Assembly (NCBI GenBank): GCA_944364655.1
Contig: CALVWG010000039.1
Coordinates: 1-34,941, forward strand
DNA length: 34,941 nt
Direction of reading: 5' to 3'
DNA from: an uncultured Bacilli bacterium
Lineage (GTDB): Bacteria > Bacillota_I > Bacilli_A > RF39 > UBA660
Part shown: piece by piece, positions 1 through 8,362 of the stretch
How positions within the stretch are numbered: position 1 is the first letter of the stretch
How the letters are laid out: each line of letters begins with the position of its first letter
Program-made: the position numbers and the translations under genes
Notes under the pieces: model-generated
Told to the model about the DNA's origin: nothing
What the model saw: the letters and a program-made list of their open reading frames with translations, nothing else
Database searches by the model: none

Positions 1-129
1 AAAACAGAAAAAAGTAAATAATACTTTCCCCTTATACTAATTTTCGTTAGAAATTAGGTACAATAATTTTATAACACATTTTTCGCATGCTCAAAATGTG
101 CAATAAAATGCTAAACATTATATCATATA

Positions 130-159
130 ATTTTAACATTTACAAGCTGTAAATGTCAA
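130..159 (-). promoter_or_regulatory. Leftward sigma-A-type promoter formed across the inverted-repeat junction
   Basis: Minus strand reads TTGACA (159-154), 18-bp spacer, TGt-TAAAAT (extended -10, 135-130). Confidence 0.55.
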
Positions 160-214
160 AAACCTACATAATCTTTTTGTCAAAAACCAGCAAAAAAACT
201 TGACATTTACAGCT
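131..214. repeat. Three copies of a TGTAAATGTYAA inverted-repeat unit (IS-end-like junction plus a 64-bp mini-element)
   Basis: TTTTAACATTTACA (131-144), 3-bp spacer AGC, TGTAAATGTCAAAA (148-161), third copy TTGACATTTACA (200-211). Positions 145-159 and 200-214 form a perfect 15-bp inverted repeat. Confidence 0.65.
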
Positions 215-437
215 ATGGTACATTCATGATTTTTCTATTGATTATGATAATAACTTTATGGAAAGAGCTTTACGGATGATAAAAAGTAAAACAAAAGTAT
301 CTGGTGGTTTTAGAAGTCATAATGGTGGAATAAGATTTGGCAATATTATGAGCATAATTAAAATATCTAAGCTTAGAAAATTAAACCCTTTTGAATCAAT
401 TGTTTATATTATGGAAGGTAAAACTTTATTTGCATAA
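213..437 (+). pseudogene. C-terminal remnant of an IS66-family transposase (TnpC)
   Basis: Manual translation LWYIHDFSIDYDNNFMERALRMIKSKTKVSGGFRSHNGGIRFGNIMSIIKISKLRKLNPF... matches the IS66 NNxAERxLRxxKxKxKVSGxFRS motif. It has no start and is cut off at the repeat at 200-214. Confidence 0.8.
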
Positions 438-494
438 CCTAAAAAGGCATCTCAAAAATGCCTTGTTTAATCGTGCCTATGGCTGAGTAGTATC
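213..494 (+). mobile_element. Right-end remnant of an IS66-family element
   Basis: Transposase tail, hairpin AAGGCAT-ctcaaaa-ATGCCTT (444-464), then GGCTGAGTAGTATC (481-494), resembling the ...CTGAGTAGTTAC right terminus of IS66-family elements. Confidence 0.6.
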
Positions 495-532
495 AGTTAG
501 TATAGATTATGATTAAAATTTCTTCAAAAGTA

Positions 533-561
533 TTGCATTTTATCAATAAATAGTGTATATT
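533..561 (+). promoter_or_regulatory. Sigma-A-type promoter upstream of repeat 1 and the abi gene
   Basis: TTGCAT (533-538), 17-bp spacer, TATATT (556-561). Confidence 0.6.
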
Positions 562-573
562 ATTTATCGAGAT

Positions 574-613
574 GTGCCTAGGAAACTTTTGAAGCCCTAG
601 GTCTTTTTCATTT
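574..613 (+). ncRNA. Putative AbiF-type RNA antitoxin / leader hairpin, copy 1
   Basis: GTGCCTAGGAAACTTTTGAAGCCCTAGGTCTTTTTCATTT: CCTAGG/CCTAGG stem, inner CTT/AAG stem and U-tract, immediately before RBS AAGGAGG (616-622). Direct repeat of 1549-1588. Confidence 0.65.
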
Positions 614-627
614 ATAAGGAGGTAAAA

Positions 628-1515
628 ATGGCTAAAAAATTTAAATCAACAAATGAATTAATTGAAATATTAAATTCAAAAGGTGTAACAAGAAAAGATG
701 AAAATAATGTTAGATATTTAATTGAAAAGTATTCCTATTATTCAATAGTAAACTCCTATAAATGGATATTTAAAATAGGAAAAAATTACAAAGATAATGC
801 TTCATTTGAAGAAATATTTGCAATGTATAAGTTTGATAAAAACTTAAAGATAATAATGCTTAAATATATTCTTGAAATAGAAGCAGTAATAAAAACTAAA
901 ATTGCTAATTTATTTGCTGAAAAGTATGGATTAGAAAACTATTTAGATATTAATAATTTTGATTTAAAAGATGATAATTCCAACTTAGAACATATAGAAA
1001 AATTAATTGAAGAAATCAAAAATGAGATTGATAAAGGAAATGGTAAGCATGATGCAATAACTCATTATATGAGTAAATATGGATTTGTTCCACCTTGGGT
1101 AGTTACTAAAATTTTATCTCTTGGAACAATTAGTAAATTTTATGGTTTAATGAAACAGCAAGATAGACAAGAAATAAGTAAACAATTTCATATAAATGAT
1201 AGAATATTAAAAAATATTCTTGGTAATTTAACATCAGTTCGTAATATAGCAGCTCATGATGATAGATTATACACTTATAGAAGCACATTCTATATTAGAT
1301 TAGACAAAACTAAAAAATCACCTGAAAAAGCATTACATACAAATATGTATATAATAATTAAATCTTTAGAATTGTTATTAGAAAATGATCAAGCAATAGA
1401 AATGAGAAGTTTAATTACAAAAGAATTAGATAATTTAAAGAATAATTTAACTTCGATTACTATTGATGAAGTATTAAAAGTAATGGGATTTGATAAAGAC
1501 TATTACATTGTATAA
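628..1515 (+). CDS. Abi family (Abi_2, AbiD/AbiF-like) HEPN ribonuclease toxin
   Basis: Family motifs SYYSIVNSYK, FEEIFAMYKFDKNL, EIE..IKT, HY..KYGFVPPWV, LSLGTISKFY and HEPN RNIAAH (1240-1257). Strong RBS. Confidence 0.9.
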   Translation: MAKKFKSTNELIEILNSKGVTRKDENNVRYLIEKYSYYSIVNSYKWIFKIGKNYKDNASFEEIFAMYKFDKNLKIIMLKYILEIEAVIKTKIANLFAEKYGLENYLDINNFDLKDDNSNLEHIEKLIEEIKNEIDKGNGKHDAITHYMSKYGFVPPWVVTKILSLGTISKFYGLMKQQDRQEISKQFHINDRILKNILGNLTSVRNIAAHDDRLYTYRSTFYIRLDKTKKSPEKALHTNMYIIIKSLELLLENDQAIEMRSLITKELDNLKNNLTSITIDEVLKVMGFDKDYYIV

Positions 1516-1537
1516 ATTTTAATTCATAGCATATAAT
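1508..1537 (+). promoter_or_regulatory. Sigma-A-type promoter overlapping the abi stop codon, positioned to drive repeat 2
   Basis: TTGTAT (1508-1513), 18-bp spacer, TATAAT (1532-1537). Confidence 0.55.
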
Positions 1538-1548
1538 AATGTTGAAAA

Positions 1549-1588
1549 GTGCCTAGGAAACTTTAGAAGCCTTGGGTCTTTTTCATTT
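1549..1588 (+). ncRNA. Putative AbiF-type RNA antitoxin hairpin, copy 2
   Basis: GTGCCTAGGAAACTTTAGAAGCCTTGGGTCTTTTTCATTT, 37/40 identical to 574-613. Both stem changes give G-U pairs and the third change is in the loop. Confidence 0.65.
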
Positions 1589-1934
1589 TCTTCAAAATAA
1601 TTTATCAAATTAGTAGGTATCATAGTATAATGATTATAGAATTAAATTGTTTATTTATTTGTTTTGATGGTTTCGGATTATATTAACTATCGCACCATAT
1701 TGATAATAACTCGAACTTTTATAGTCTGAGTTTTAATATATTTAAATTTACAATCAATATTATCTAAATAATTTATATTAAAATACACAATAAAAAGTAA
1801 AAAATTTTAACTTTAAAATTATAAATTAATTAAAATACCAACAATTTTGTAAATATAAAATTTCTGTTAAATTACAAAAACTTTTCTATAAAAAATAATA
1901 AATATGATAAAATTAAAAAGTAAGGAGAAGATAT

Positions 1935-2567
1935 ATGAAAAAATATCGTTGTAAAATATGTGGTTTCATTTATAATGAAGCCAAAGAAAAAGTGAAGTTT
2001 GAAGATCTTCCAGAAGATTGGACTTGCCCTTTATGTGGTGCTCCAAAAGAAATGTTTGAAGAAATTATAGAAGAAACATCTCAAAAATCTCAAGAGCAAA
2101 ATGAACAAGGAAATGATACGGATGATTTAAGAATTTTATCTAATTATGAAAAAGCTTTTATTTGTTCAAACTTAGCTAAAGCTTGTGAAAAAGAATATAA
2201 GGAAGAAGAAAAAATTTTGTTTGAAAATCTTGCCAAAAATTTTTTGAGTACTGAAAAAGAACGTTCAAGTGATTTGAAAAGCTTACAATCAAAAATAGAA
2301 GAAGACATTAAATTATTTGAAGAAGCTATGCAAGTTGCCGATGAATTTAACGATCGAGGCGCAAAAAGAGTAATAAATTGGGCATCTAAAACTGCAAATA
2401 TTATGAAAATGTTAGTTGAAAATTATCGTCAAAAAGGATTGGATTATATTACAAATAATAAAATTTGGGTTTGTGACATATGCGGCTTTGTTTACATTGG
2501 CGATGAACCACCAAAAGTTTGTCCTATTTGTAAAGTACCAAGTCTTAAAATATTGGAGGTGATCTAA
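1935..2567 (+). CDS. Rubredoxin / rubrerythrin-like protein with two Fe(Cys)4 domains
   Basis: N-terminal CKICG...FEDLPEDWTCPLCGAPK rubredoxin, helical middle, C-terminal CDICGFVY.GDEPPKVCPIC. RBS AAGGAG. Confidence 0.85.
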   Translation: MKKYRCKICGFIYNEAKEKVKFEDLPEDWTCPLCGAPKEMFEEIIEETSQKSQEQNEQGNDTDDLRILSNYEKAFICSNLAKACEKEYKEEEKILFENLAKNFLSTEKERSSDLKSLQSKIEEDIKLFEEAMQVADEFNDRGAKRVINWASKTANIMKMLVENYRQKGLDYITNNKIWVCDICGFVYIGDEPPKVCPICKVPSLKILEVI

Positions 2568-3059
2568 ATGGGAAAAGTATATGCCCATCGAGATTTAAAA
2601 ATTTGTACTAAAGATTGTCTATGTCTTTTTGTATGTCCAACAGGCGCAATTAATAATGAAACTGGTCAAAAAAATCAAAAAAAATGTATTGGTTGTGGAG
2701 CTTGTGCCGCTGCTTGTCCAGCTCATGCTATTTCATTAATACCTGTAAAAATGCCACCTCAACAGTCAAAAAATTCTAAAGTGATTGAAGCTTTACAAAA
2801 AATAGTAAAAAACAAAATTGAAGAACTATGGCAAATTCAATATCTTTTAAATAAAAGCTCATCTGCTGATGAAAAAAAATTCTTAAAAGCGTTATATCAT
2901 TCTAATAAAGTTGTCTTAGAAGATATAATGCGTGAAAAAGGTTACATGCTTCCTGAAAGCAAAAATACTCAAATTTTTTTACAAGATATATTAAAAAATA
3001 GCGCCGAAAATAAAGATATAATAGAAAAATTGTTAGCTTTAATTGAACCAAATGAATAA
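2568..3059 (+). CDS. 4Fe-4S ferredoxin-domain protein
   Basis: CTKDCLCLFVCP and CIGCGACAAACP motifs. RBS GGAGG, abuts the upstream gene. Confidence 0.85.
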   Translation: MGKVYAHRDLKICTKDCLCLFVCPTGAINNETGQKNQKKCIGCGACAAACPAHAISLIPVKMPPQQSKNSKVIEALQKIVKNKIEELWQIQYLLNKSSSADEKKFLKALYHSNKVVLEDIMREKGYMLPESKNTQIFLQDILKNSAENKDIIEKLLALIEPNE

Positions 3060-3309
3060 ATTCTTTTTATTTAAATACTATATAATTTATAACAGAATAA
3101 TATAAATAATAAAAAAAACAAAAATTTATTGAATTAAAATGACATTAATATAATATTTTCAATATTTTTGAAATTAACTATATAACATGTCATTTTTTTC
3201 ATTGTTAATTTTTATAACCATAGTTTTATTTGATTTAATTTAGCTATTATATGCTTTTATGACTCTATTTATTACTATTTGTTGAAATTTTTAAGTTTTT
3301 CTAGATGGC

Positions 3310-3654
3310 TCATTTTTTCTTTTGCTTTTTTAATACATAAGGTTTATTATTTTTTTCGCTTGGTTTGACTAAAGAAATACTTGAATATTCTCCAGCAAAA
3401 ATTCTGAATAAAGCACTACTAATACAATCATCAAATACTGTTTTTAAACTTCTAGCACCACTTTGCTTTAAAATTGCAAGATCTGCTATATATTCAATAA
3501 ATTCATCATTAAAATCAAAATTTACATTTAGTATACCAAATAATTTTTTATATAATCGGCTAAAATCTGATTCTTTTAATATTTTAATTATGCCTTTTTT
3601 TGATAATGGATTCATAGGTATTATTTTAGAAAATCGGCCTATTAATTCTAACAT
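3310..3654 (-). pseudogene. C-terminal fragment of a ClpX-like AAA+ ATPase
   Basis: ELIGRF..I..MNPLS...IIKIL and IADLAILKQSGARSLKTVF match the ClpX C-terminal small domain. The Walker A/B region is absent. Confidence 0.7.
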
Positions 3655-3844
3655 AATTATGAGTTAAATATTTTTTTATTGCGAAAGATGTATCAAAATG
3701 TTAATATATTAAACCGTGAAATTAATTTTGTCTTAGTGCTTGATTATGAAATCAGATTTAAAAAATGCGTTTTAGAATAAAATTAGAAGATATAATTGGG
3801 TAATAAGTAACTAATAAATAATACAAAGAAAAAATATTAAATAT

Positions 3845-4297
3845 TTGAGTTTTATGATAAAGGAAGTGAAGATTGTGTTATGCATAGATAACAAATATAT
3901 CGATGTTATTAAACAAACAATATTTGTTGGAAATTATATAAAAAATAAAAATAAAGGTTACAATGCTAATATTCAATTAGAGTTTATTAATTGTAAGACT
4001 AAAGAAAAAGGGTATATAAATTTAGATGTTGGATTTGAAAAAGAGGATAATATTACCAATTTTTTAAATAAAGAATATATTGGGACGCCTTTTAAAGATG
4101 ACATATTTATAGAAGTGTTTGATACAGAAAAATTTATAGATACAGACATAGAAAGTAAAATTGTAGTTTCGCTAAAAGAAATAAAAGCTAATAAAGTACA
4201 TGTTATTTTTGAAGTAAATGATGAATTAATAAAAATAAAATTTGATGGATTTTTGAACTTTGATTTTACGAGAACAAAAGAAACTTTTAAATCTTAA
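3845..4297 (+). CDS. Hypothetical protein (true start may be GTG near 3875)
   Basis: 150-codon ORF with host-like composition and AAGGAAG RBS near 3860. No recognisable motif. Confidence 0.65.
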   Translation: MSFMIKEVKIVLCIDNKYIDVIKQTIFVGNYIKNKNKGYNANIQLEFINCKTKEKGYINLDVGFEKEDNITNFLNKEYIGTPFKDDIFIEVFDTEKFIDTDIESKIVVSLKEIKANKVHVIFEVNDELIKIKFDGFLNFDFTRTKETFKS

Positions 4298-4363
4298 ATT
4301 TGTTAAAGTATAAAATAATTTAAAAAATACATATAATAAAAATCTAAAAAAAGAGGTGCTTTT

Positions 4364-5317
4364 ATGGCAAATAATTTGTTTAAAAAAAATTGTGAACAAT
4401 TTTATTACAGTACATATAAAAGTTTAGAAAATGTTTTAAAAAAAGATATCAACCAAATCAAAGAATTATATGGCAATTTTTTAAGCAATTATACCAAGCT
4501 AAATAAAATATTTGATTTGAATAATCCCATAGAAATATATACAATGTTTAATTATTTATTATATAAAGGATATTTATCTGAAAATAAAAAATTTGAATTT
4601 TCTGGTAAACAGACTAGTGATATACGAGGTTTGCTTGGCATAGAAATTATAACTGGAAGAGGAGTTTGTAGACATATTTCTGGCATGCTTACTGATATTT
4701 TAAATGAATATGGCATTGAATCAAGTCAGCTAGCCGTATACCAAAAATTTTATAGAATTAATGTTGTTCTTCTAGAGCATCCAAAATATACTAAAGAAGA
4801 ATTAATTGATTGGGTTAAAATGCATGTTGTCGATAAAAAAACTAGTGAATCATTAATAAATTTAATCGATGAATTAATTGATAAGAAAAATCAAAGCATA
4901 GAAATCTTTTCTAAAATGATTGATGATAATAATGTTCTAAAAAGAAAATTTGGAAATCATGTAATATCATTTGCTTTTAAAGACAATAAAAGTTATTTTT
5001 TAGATCCAACGCAAACTAGAATTTATCGAATGAATAAATACTATAATTTATATGATTGCAGATATGAAGATACACAAATACATTTAAAATCATCTATATT
5101 ACTTAACGATTTAAAAAGATACTTACAATTGAAAAAAAACTTATCAATGCCATACATAACAATTACACCAGAAGAAGAACAAACGTTGGTGCAAGAAACT
5201 TTAATCAAATGCAAAAATAATATGGATGTATTTGAACATTTTTATAATAATAATTGTGAATTATACGATAATATTTTAGGTAAAATGCTATGTCTAAAAA
5301 CTAATAAAATTTTTTAA
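4364..5317 (+). CDS. Transglutaminase/papain-like Cys-His-Asp protein
   Basis: GRGVCRH (C102), GNHVI (H199), YFLDPT (D214). RBS AGAGGTG. Confidence 0.7.
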   Translation: MANNLFKKNCEQFYYSTYKSLENVLKKDINQIKELYGNFLSNYTKLNKIFDLNNPIEIYTMFNYLLYKGYLSENKKFEFSGKQTSDIRGLLGIEIITGRGVCRHISGMLTDILNEYGIESSQLAVYQKFYRINVVLLEHPKYTKEELIDWVKMHVVDKKTSESLINLIDELIDKKNQSIEIFSKMIDDNNVLKRKFGNHVISFAFKDNKSYFLDPTQTRIYRMNKYYNLYDCRYEDTQIHLKSSILLNDLKRYLQLKKNLSMPYITITPEEEQTLVQETLIKCKNNMDVFEHFYNNNCELYDNILGKMLCLKTNKIF

Positions 5318-5398
5318 ATTAATTAATTAATATATATAAAAAAACAAATACACATTATATTTTCTTAATTAATAATAATATTTAGAAAGAGGGTAATT

Positions 5399-6112
5399 AT
5401 GATTAAAAACATTAATTTTTTAAATTCTTTTAAATCTCCAGAATTATTATCAGCAGAAGAAACTTACAATCTATTTCAAAAAGTGAAATCAGGTGATAAA
5501 GAAGCTAAAAAAAAATTAGCAGAACATAATTTAGGATTAGTTTTCTACGAAGTAAGTCATAAATTTAAAACGGTTAATTATGATAAAGATGATATTATTT
5601 CTATTGGCGTAGTAGGGTTAATGAAAGCCATTAGTACATATAATGTTGAAAAAAAAGTTTATTTTCCATATTATGCTATTAAATGTATTGATAATGAAAT
5701 CTTACTTTTTTTGAGAAAATTAAAAAAAATTTCAACAATTAGCAGTTTAAATACTGCTTTGAGCACTGATGAAAAAGGAAATAAATTAACAATTGAAGAT
5801 ACATTAATTAATAAAATTAATATAGAAGAAGAATATTGTGTATCGGAAACTTATAGAATTATTAACCAGATTTTAAACGGTTTATCAAAAAGAGATAGAG
5901 AAATAATTAAACTTAGATTTGGCTTTTATAATGGAAGAGTCTACACCCAAGAAGAAATTGCTAAAAAAATTTCTGTTTCTCAATCATATGTTTCAAGACT
6001 ATTAATTGTAAATGTAAAAAAAATAGGTTTATTGTTACAAAAAGAAGGAGTCATAGAATTACGAAATAAAAAAAATCAAATTCAAAAATCTAATAAAAAA
6101 AGTATTAGTTAA
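5399..6112 (+). CDS. Sporulation-type sigma-70 factor (SigE/SigK-like)
   Basis: LAEHNLGLV, DDIISIGVVGLMKAI, YAIKCIDNEILLFLRK, LSKRDREIIKLRFG and TQEEIAKKISVSQSYVSRL. Confidence 0.85.
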   Translation: MIKNINFLNSFKSPELLSAEETYNLFQKVKSGDKEAKKKLAEHNLGLVFYEVSHKFKTVNYDKDDIISIGVVGLMKAISTYNVEKKVYFPYYAIKCIDNEILLFLRKLKKISTISSLNTALSTDEKGNKLTIEDTLINKINIEEEYCVSETYRIINQILNGLSKRDREIIKLRFGFYNGRVYTQEEIAKKISVSQSYVSRLLIVNVKKIGLLLQKEGVIELRNKKNQIQKSNKKSIS

Positions 6113-6277
6113 TATTTCTAAAGTTGTCAAAAATTATTTCATTTATATTTGATTATATTCATATTATTAAACCCTATAGATAGAACATTATATAAAATCA
6201 AGACGTTTTTACAGATTAATACTTAAGACATTATTGTAGAATAATCATAAAATTTAAATTAAAAAAAAGATCATTTT

Positions 6278-6306
6278 TTGACAATCATCAAAATATTTGA
6301 TACAAT
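6278..6306 (+). promoter_or_regulatory. Sigma-A promoter
   Basis: TTGACA, 17-bp spacer, TGa-TACAAT (extended -10). Confidence 0.7.
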
Positions 6307-6333
6307 TATATCTTCTCATAAGGGGGAATATAT

Positions 6334-6930
6334 ATGAATAAGTTATATGCATTATGTGTTTTAAGAGATAATAAAAATCCTTATTGTATTCCAATGCCAC
6401 TAGAAGAAATTGATAAAATTTTTATTGAATATCGAAATGATAAAAGTGAAATATTAAAAAAAATTAATGAATTTGATTCAGTTATGACTGAAACTGATCC
6501 AAATAAATTAGAAATTAGAACTTTAATAAATGGTAAATGGAAATATGATAAAGATTTAAATATTATTAATGATCCAGAAATTTTTACTTTTTCTATTGAA
6601 GATTTATTTTCAAAATTAAATAAAAAAAATGGGTACATTAAGGATATGAAAAATCATTTTCAAAAATATTTGAAATATGATACAACATCAAGAAGATTTA
6701 AAAAAGTTATTTTAAAAGGAACTTTTGTTGAAGATTTTGCTACTTTAGCATATGATGAACAAAGACTAATTAGATTGTATATTATAAATAAAATTGATAT
6801 AAAAAAATATTTAAATAGCAAGTTAAGTCCAAAAGATGAAAATAATAAAATAGAAGTTTTAGAAATTCCTGATGATGAAATAAAACTTACAAGAAAAATT
6901 TTACCAAATAACGATTCGAAAGCTGCATAA
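6334..6930 (+). CDS. Hypothetical protein
   Basis: 198-aa ORF with its own promoter and RBS AAGGGGG. No recognisable motif. Confidence 0.75.
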   Translation: MNKLYALCVLRDNKNPYCIPMPLEEIDKIFIEYRNDKSEILKKINEFDSVMTETDPNKLEIRTLINGKWKYDKDLNIINDPEIFTFSIEDLFSKLNKKNGYIKDMKNHFQKYLKYDTTSRRFKKVILKGTFVEDFATLAYDEQRLIRLYIINKIDIKKYLNSKLSPKDENNKIEVLEIPDDEIKLTRKILPNNDSKAA

Positions 6931-6973
6931 GCTTTTTTTAATTTTTTTTGCATATACTTTTTTAGGTGGTTCT

Positions 6974-7213
6974 ATGCATATATATAAGACCATAAAAAAT
7001 TTCTTGCTCGATCAAAACTATTTTATAGATTTATGGCAGGATAATATTCATATATATGGCTTTACAAAAATAGAAGTATTACAGGAAACTAAGGCAATTT
7101 TTAATATTGAAGATTTTAAGTTAGAAATCATAGGAACAAATTTTCGAGTTTTAAAATTAACTAACAAAGAAATATTATTACAAGGTAGTATTTTAGAGAT
7201 GAGGAAAATATGA
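6974..7213 (+). CDS. yqfC: YabP/YqfC family sporulation protein
   Basis: 79 aa with the LEIIGTNFRVLKLTNKEILLQGSI pattern, directly upstream of yqfD. Confidence 0.75.
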   Translation: MHIYKTIKNFLLDQNYFIDLWQDNIHIYGFTKIEVLQETKAIFNIEDFKLEIIGTNFRVLKLTNKEILLQGSILEMRKI

Positions 7214-8346
7214 ATTATGATTATTCATGGGTAGTAGTTAAAACAAATTCTCGGGAACGTTTCTTTTTGAAATGCCAAGAATTAAATATTTTTATTTTTG
7301 ATTTAATTTATTTAAATGATAAACTAAAAATAAAAATATTAAACAAAGATTTAAAAAAATTAAAAAAGATTTGGTTTATTAAAATAGAAAAAATTGAACA
7401 ACTAGGTCTTAATTATTGGAAAAATAAATGGCAAAAATATCATATTTTTATAATTGCTCTTATATTAGGACTAATACTTTTATTTTGTTTATCCCACATT
7501 ATGCTATCTGTTTCGGTAATTCATTCTAATCAAAATATTAGATTTATAGTAACCGAAGCTTTAAAAGAAAGAGGAATTAAAGAAAATACATGGCGTAAAA
7601 GCTATGACGAAATAGAAAGAATAAAACAAGAAATTCTAGATTTATACCCAGAAGATTTAGAATGGTTAGAAATTGAAGTCAAAGGTTTAAAATATATTGT
7701 AAGAGTTGAAGAAAGAAAGATCGAATCAGAAAAACAAACTCCAGAAGCATGTAATATAGTTGCTACAAAAGATGGCATAATAAAAGATATGTTATATAGT
7801 CAAGGAGAGGCATTATATAAGCGAAATGATTCTGTTAAAAAAGGTGACATTTTAATAAGTGGCACAATAAAAAAAGATGAAGAGACTAAAAATTATGTCT
7901 GTGCTACAGGAAGCGTTTTTGCCGAAGTTTGGTATAGCGTCAAAGCGAGCGTTCCACTAAGTTATGAAACTAAAGAAAAAACAGGTAAAGTAAGATGGAA
8001 TATTCGTTTAAAAAATAATGGCTACAATGATTTTTTATTTAAAAGTCGCTTAGAAAACTATGTTGAAGAAGACAAAAATTTGTTCACATTATTTAAAACA
8101 GATATAATTTTTGCTAAACAATTTGAAACAATAAATAAAACCGTTACTATGAGCGAAGAAGAAGCCCAAAATAAAGCTTTAGATCTTGCTTTAGAAAAAA
8201 TATCCGCCACTTTAGAAGAAAAAGAAAAAATAATTGATAAAAAAGTTTTGAAAAAAGAAGTAAATAATAGTACAATGAATATAGAAGTTTTTGTCTCAGT
8301 TTTAGAACAAATTGGAACAAGGCAAGAATTTAGTATAGTAGAATAG
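7210..8346 (+). CDS. yqfD: Sporulation protein YqfD (stage IV)
   Basis: One TM segment, LEWLEIEVKG, CNIVATKDGII, VKKGDILISG, ATGSVFAEVWY. Confidence 0.9.
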   Translation: MNYDYSWVVVKTNSRERFFLKCQELNIFIFDLIYLNDKLKIKILNKDLKKLKKIWFIKIEKIEQLGLNYWKNKWQKYHIFIIALILGLILLFCLSHIMLSVSVIHSNQNIRFIVTEALKERGIKENTWRKSYDEIERIKQEILDLYPEDLEWLEIEVKGLKYIVRVEERKIESEKQTPEACNIVATKDGIIKDMLYSQGEALYKRNDSVKKGDILISGTIKKDEETKNYVCATGSVFAEVWYSVKASVPLSYETKEKTGKVRWNIRLKNNGYNDFLFKSRLENYVEEDKNLFTLFKTDIIFAKQFETINKTVTMSEEEAQNKALDLALEKISATLEEKEKIIDKKVLKKEVNNSTMNIEVFVSVLEQIGTRQEFSIVE

Positions 8347-8362
8347 AAGTGGTGGGCTAATT

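Noticed and set aside
574-1588. Calling the two 40-bp repeats a CRISPR array
   Set aside because: There are only two copies, 975 bp apart with a gene between them, and no cas genes or 30-40 bp spacers in the window.
485-1648. Loose similarity of 485-520 (AGTAGTATCAGTTAGTATAGATTATGATTAAAATT) to 1611-1648 as cassette boundaries
   Set aside because: It needs several gaps in very AT-rich sequence and cannot be distinguished from chance without statistics.
3136-3200. Long imperfect palindrome AAAATGACAT...ATGTCATTTT between convergent genes
   Set aside because: Most simply a bidirectional terminator in nearly pure AT DNA; no second copy was seen.
3365-3667. 100-aa + strand ORF
   Set aside because: It is the antisense shadow of the clpX fragment, with no RBS or motif.
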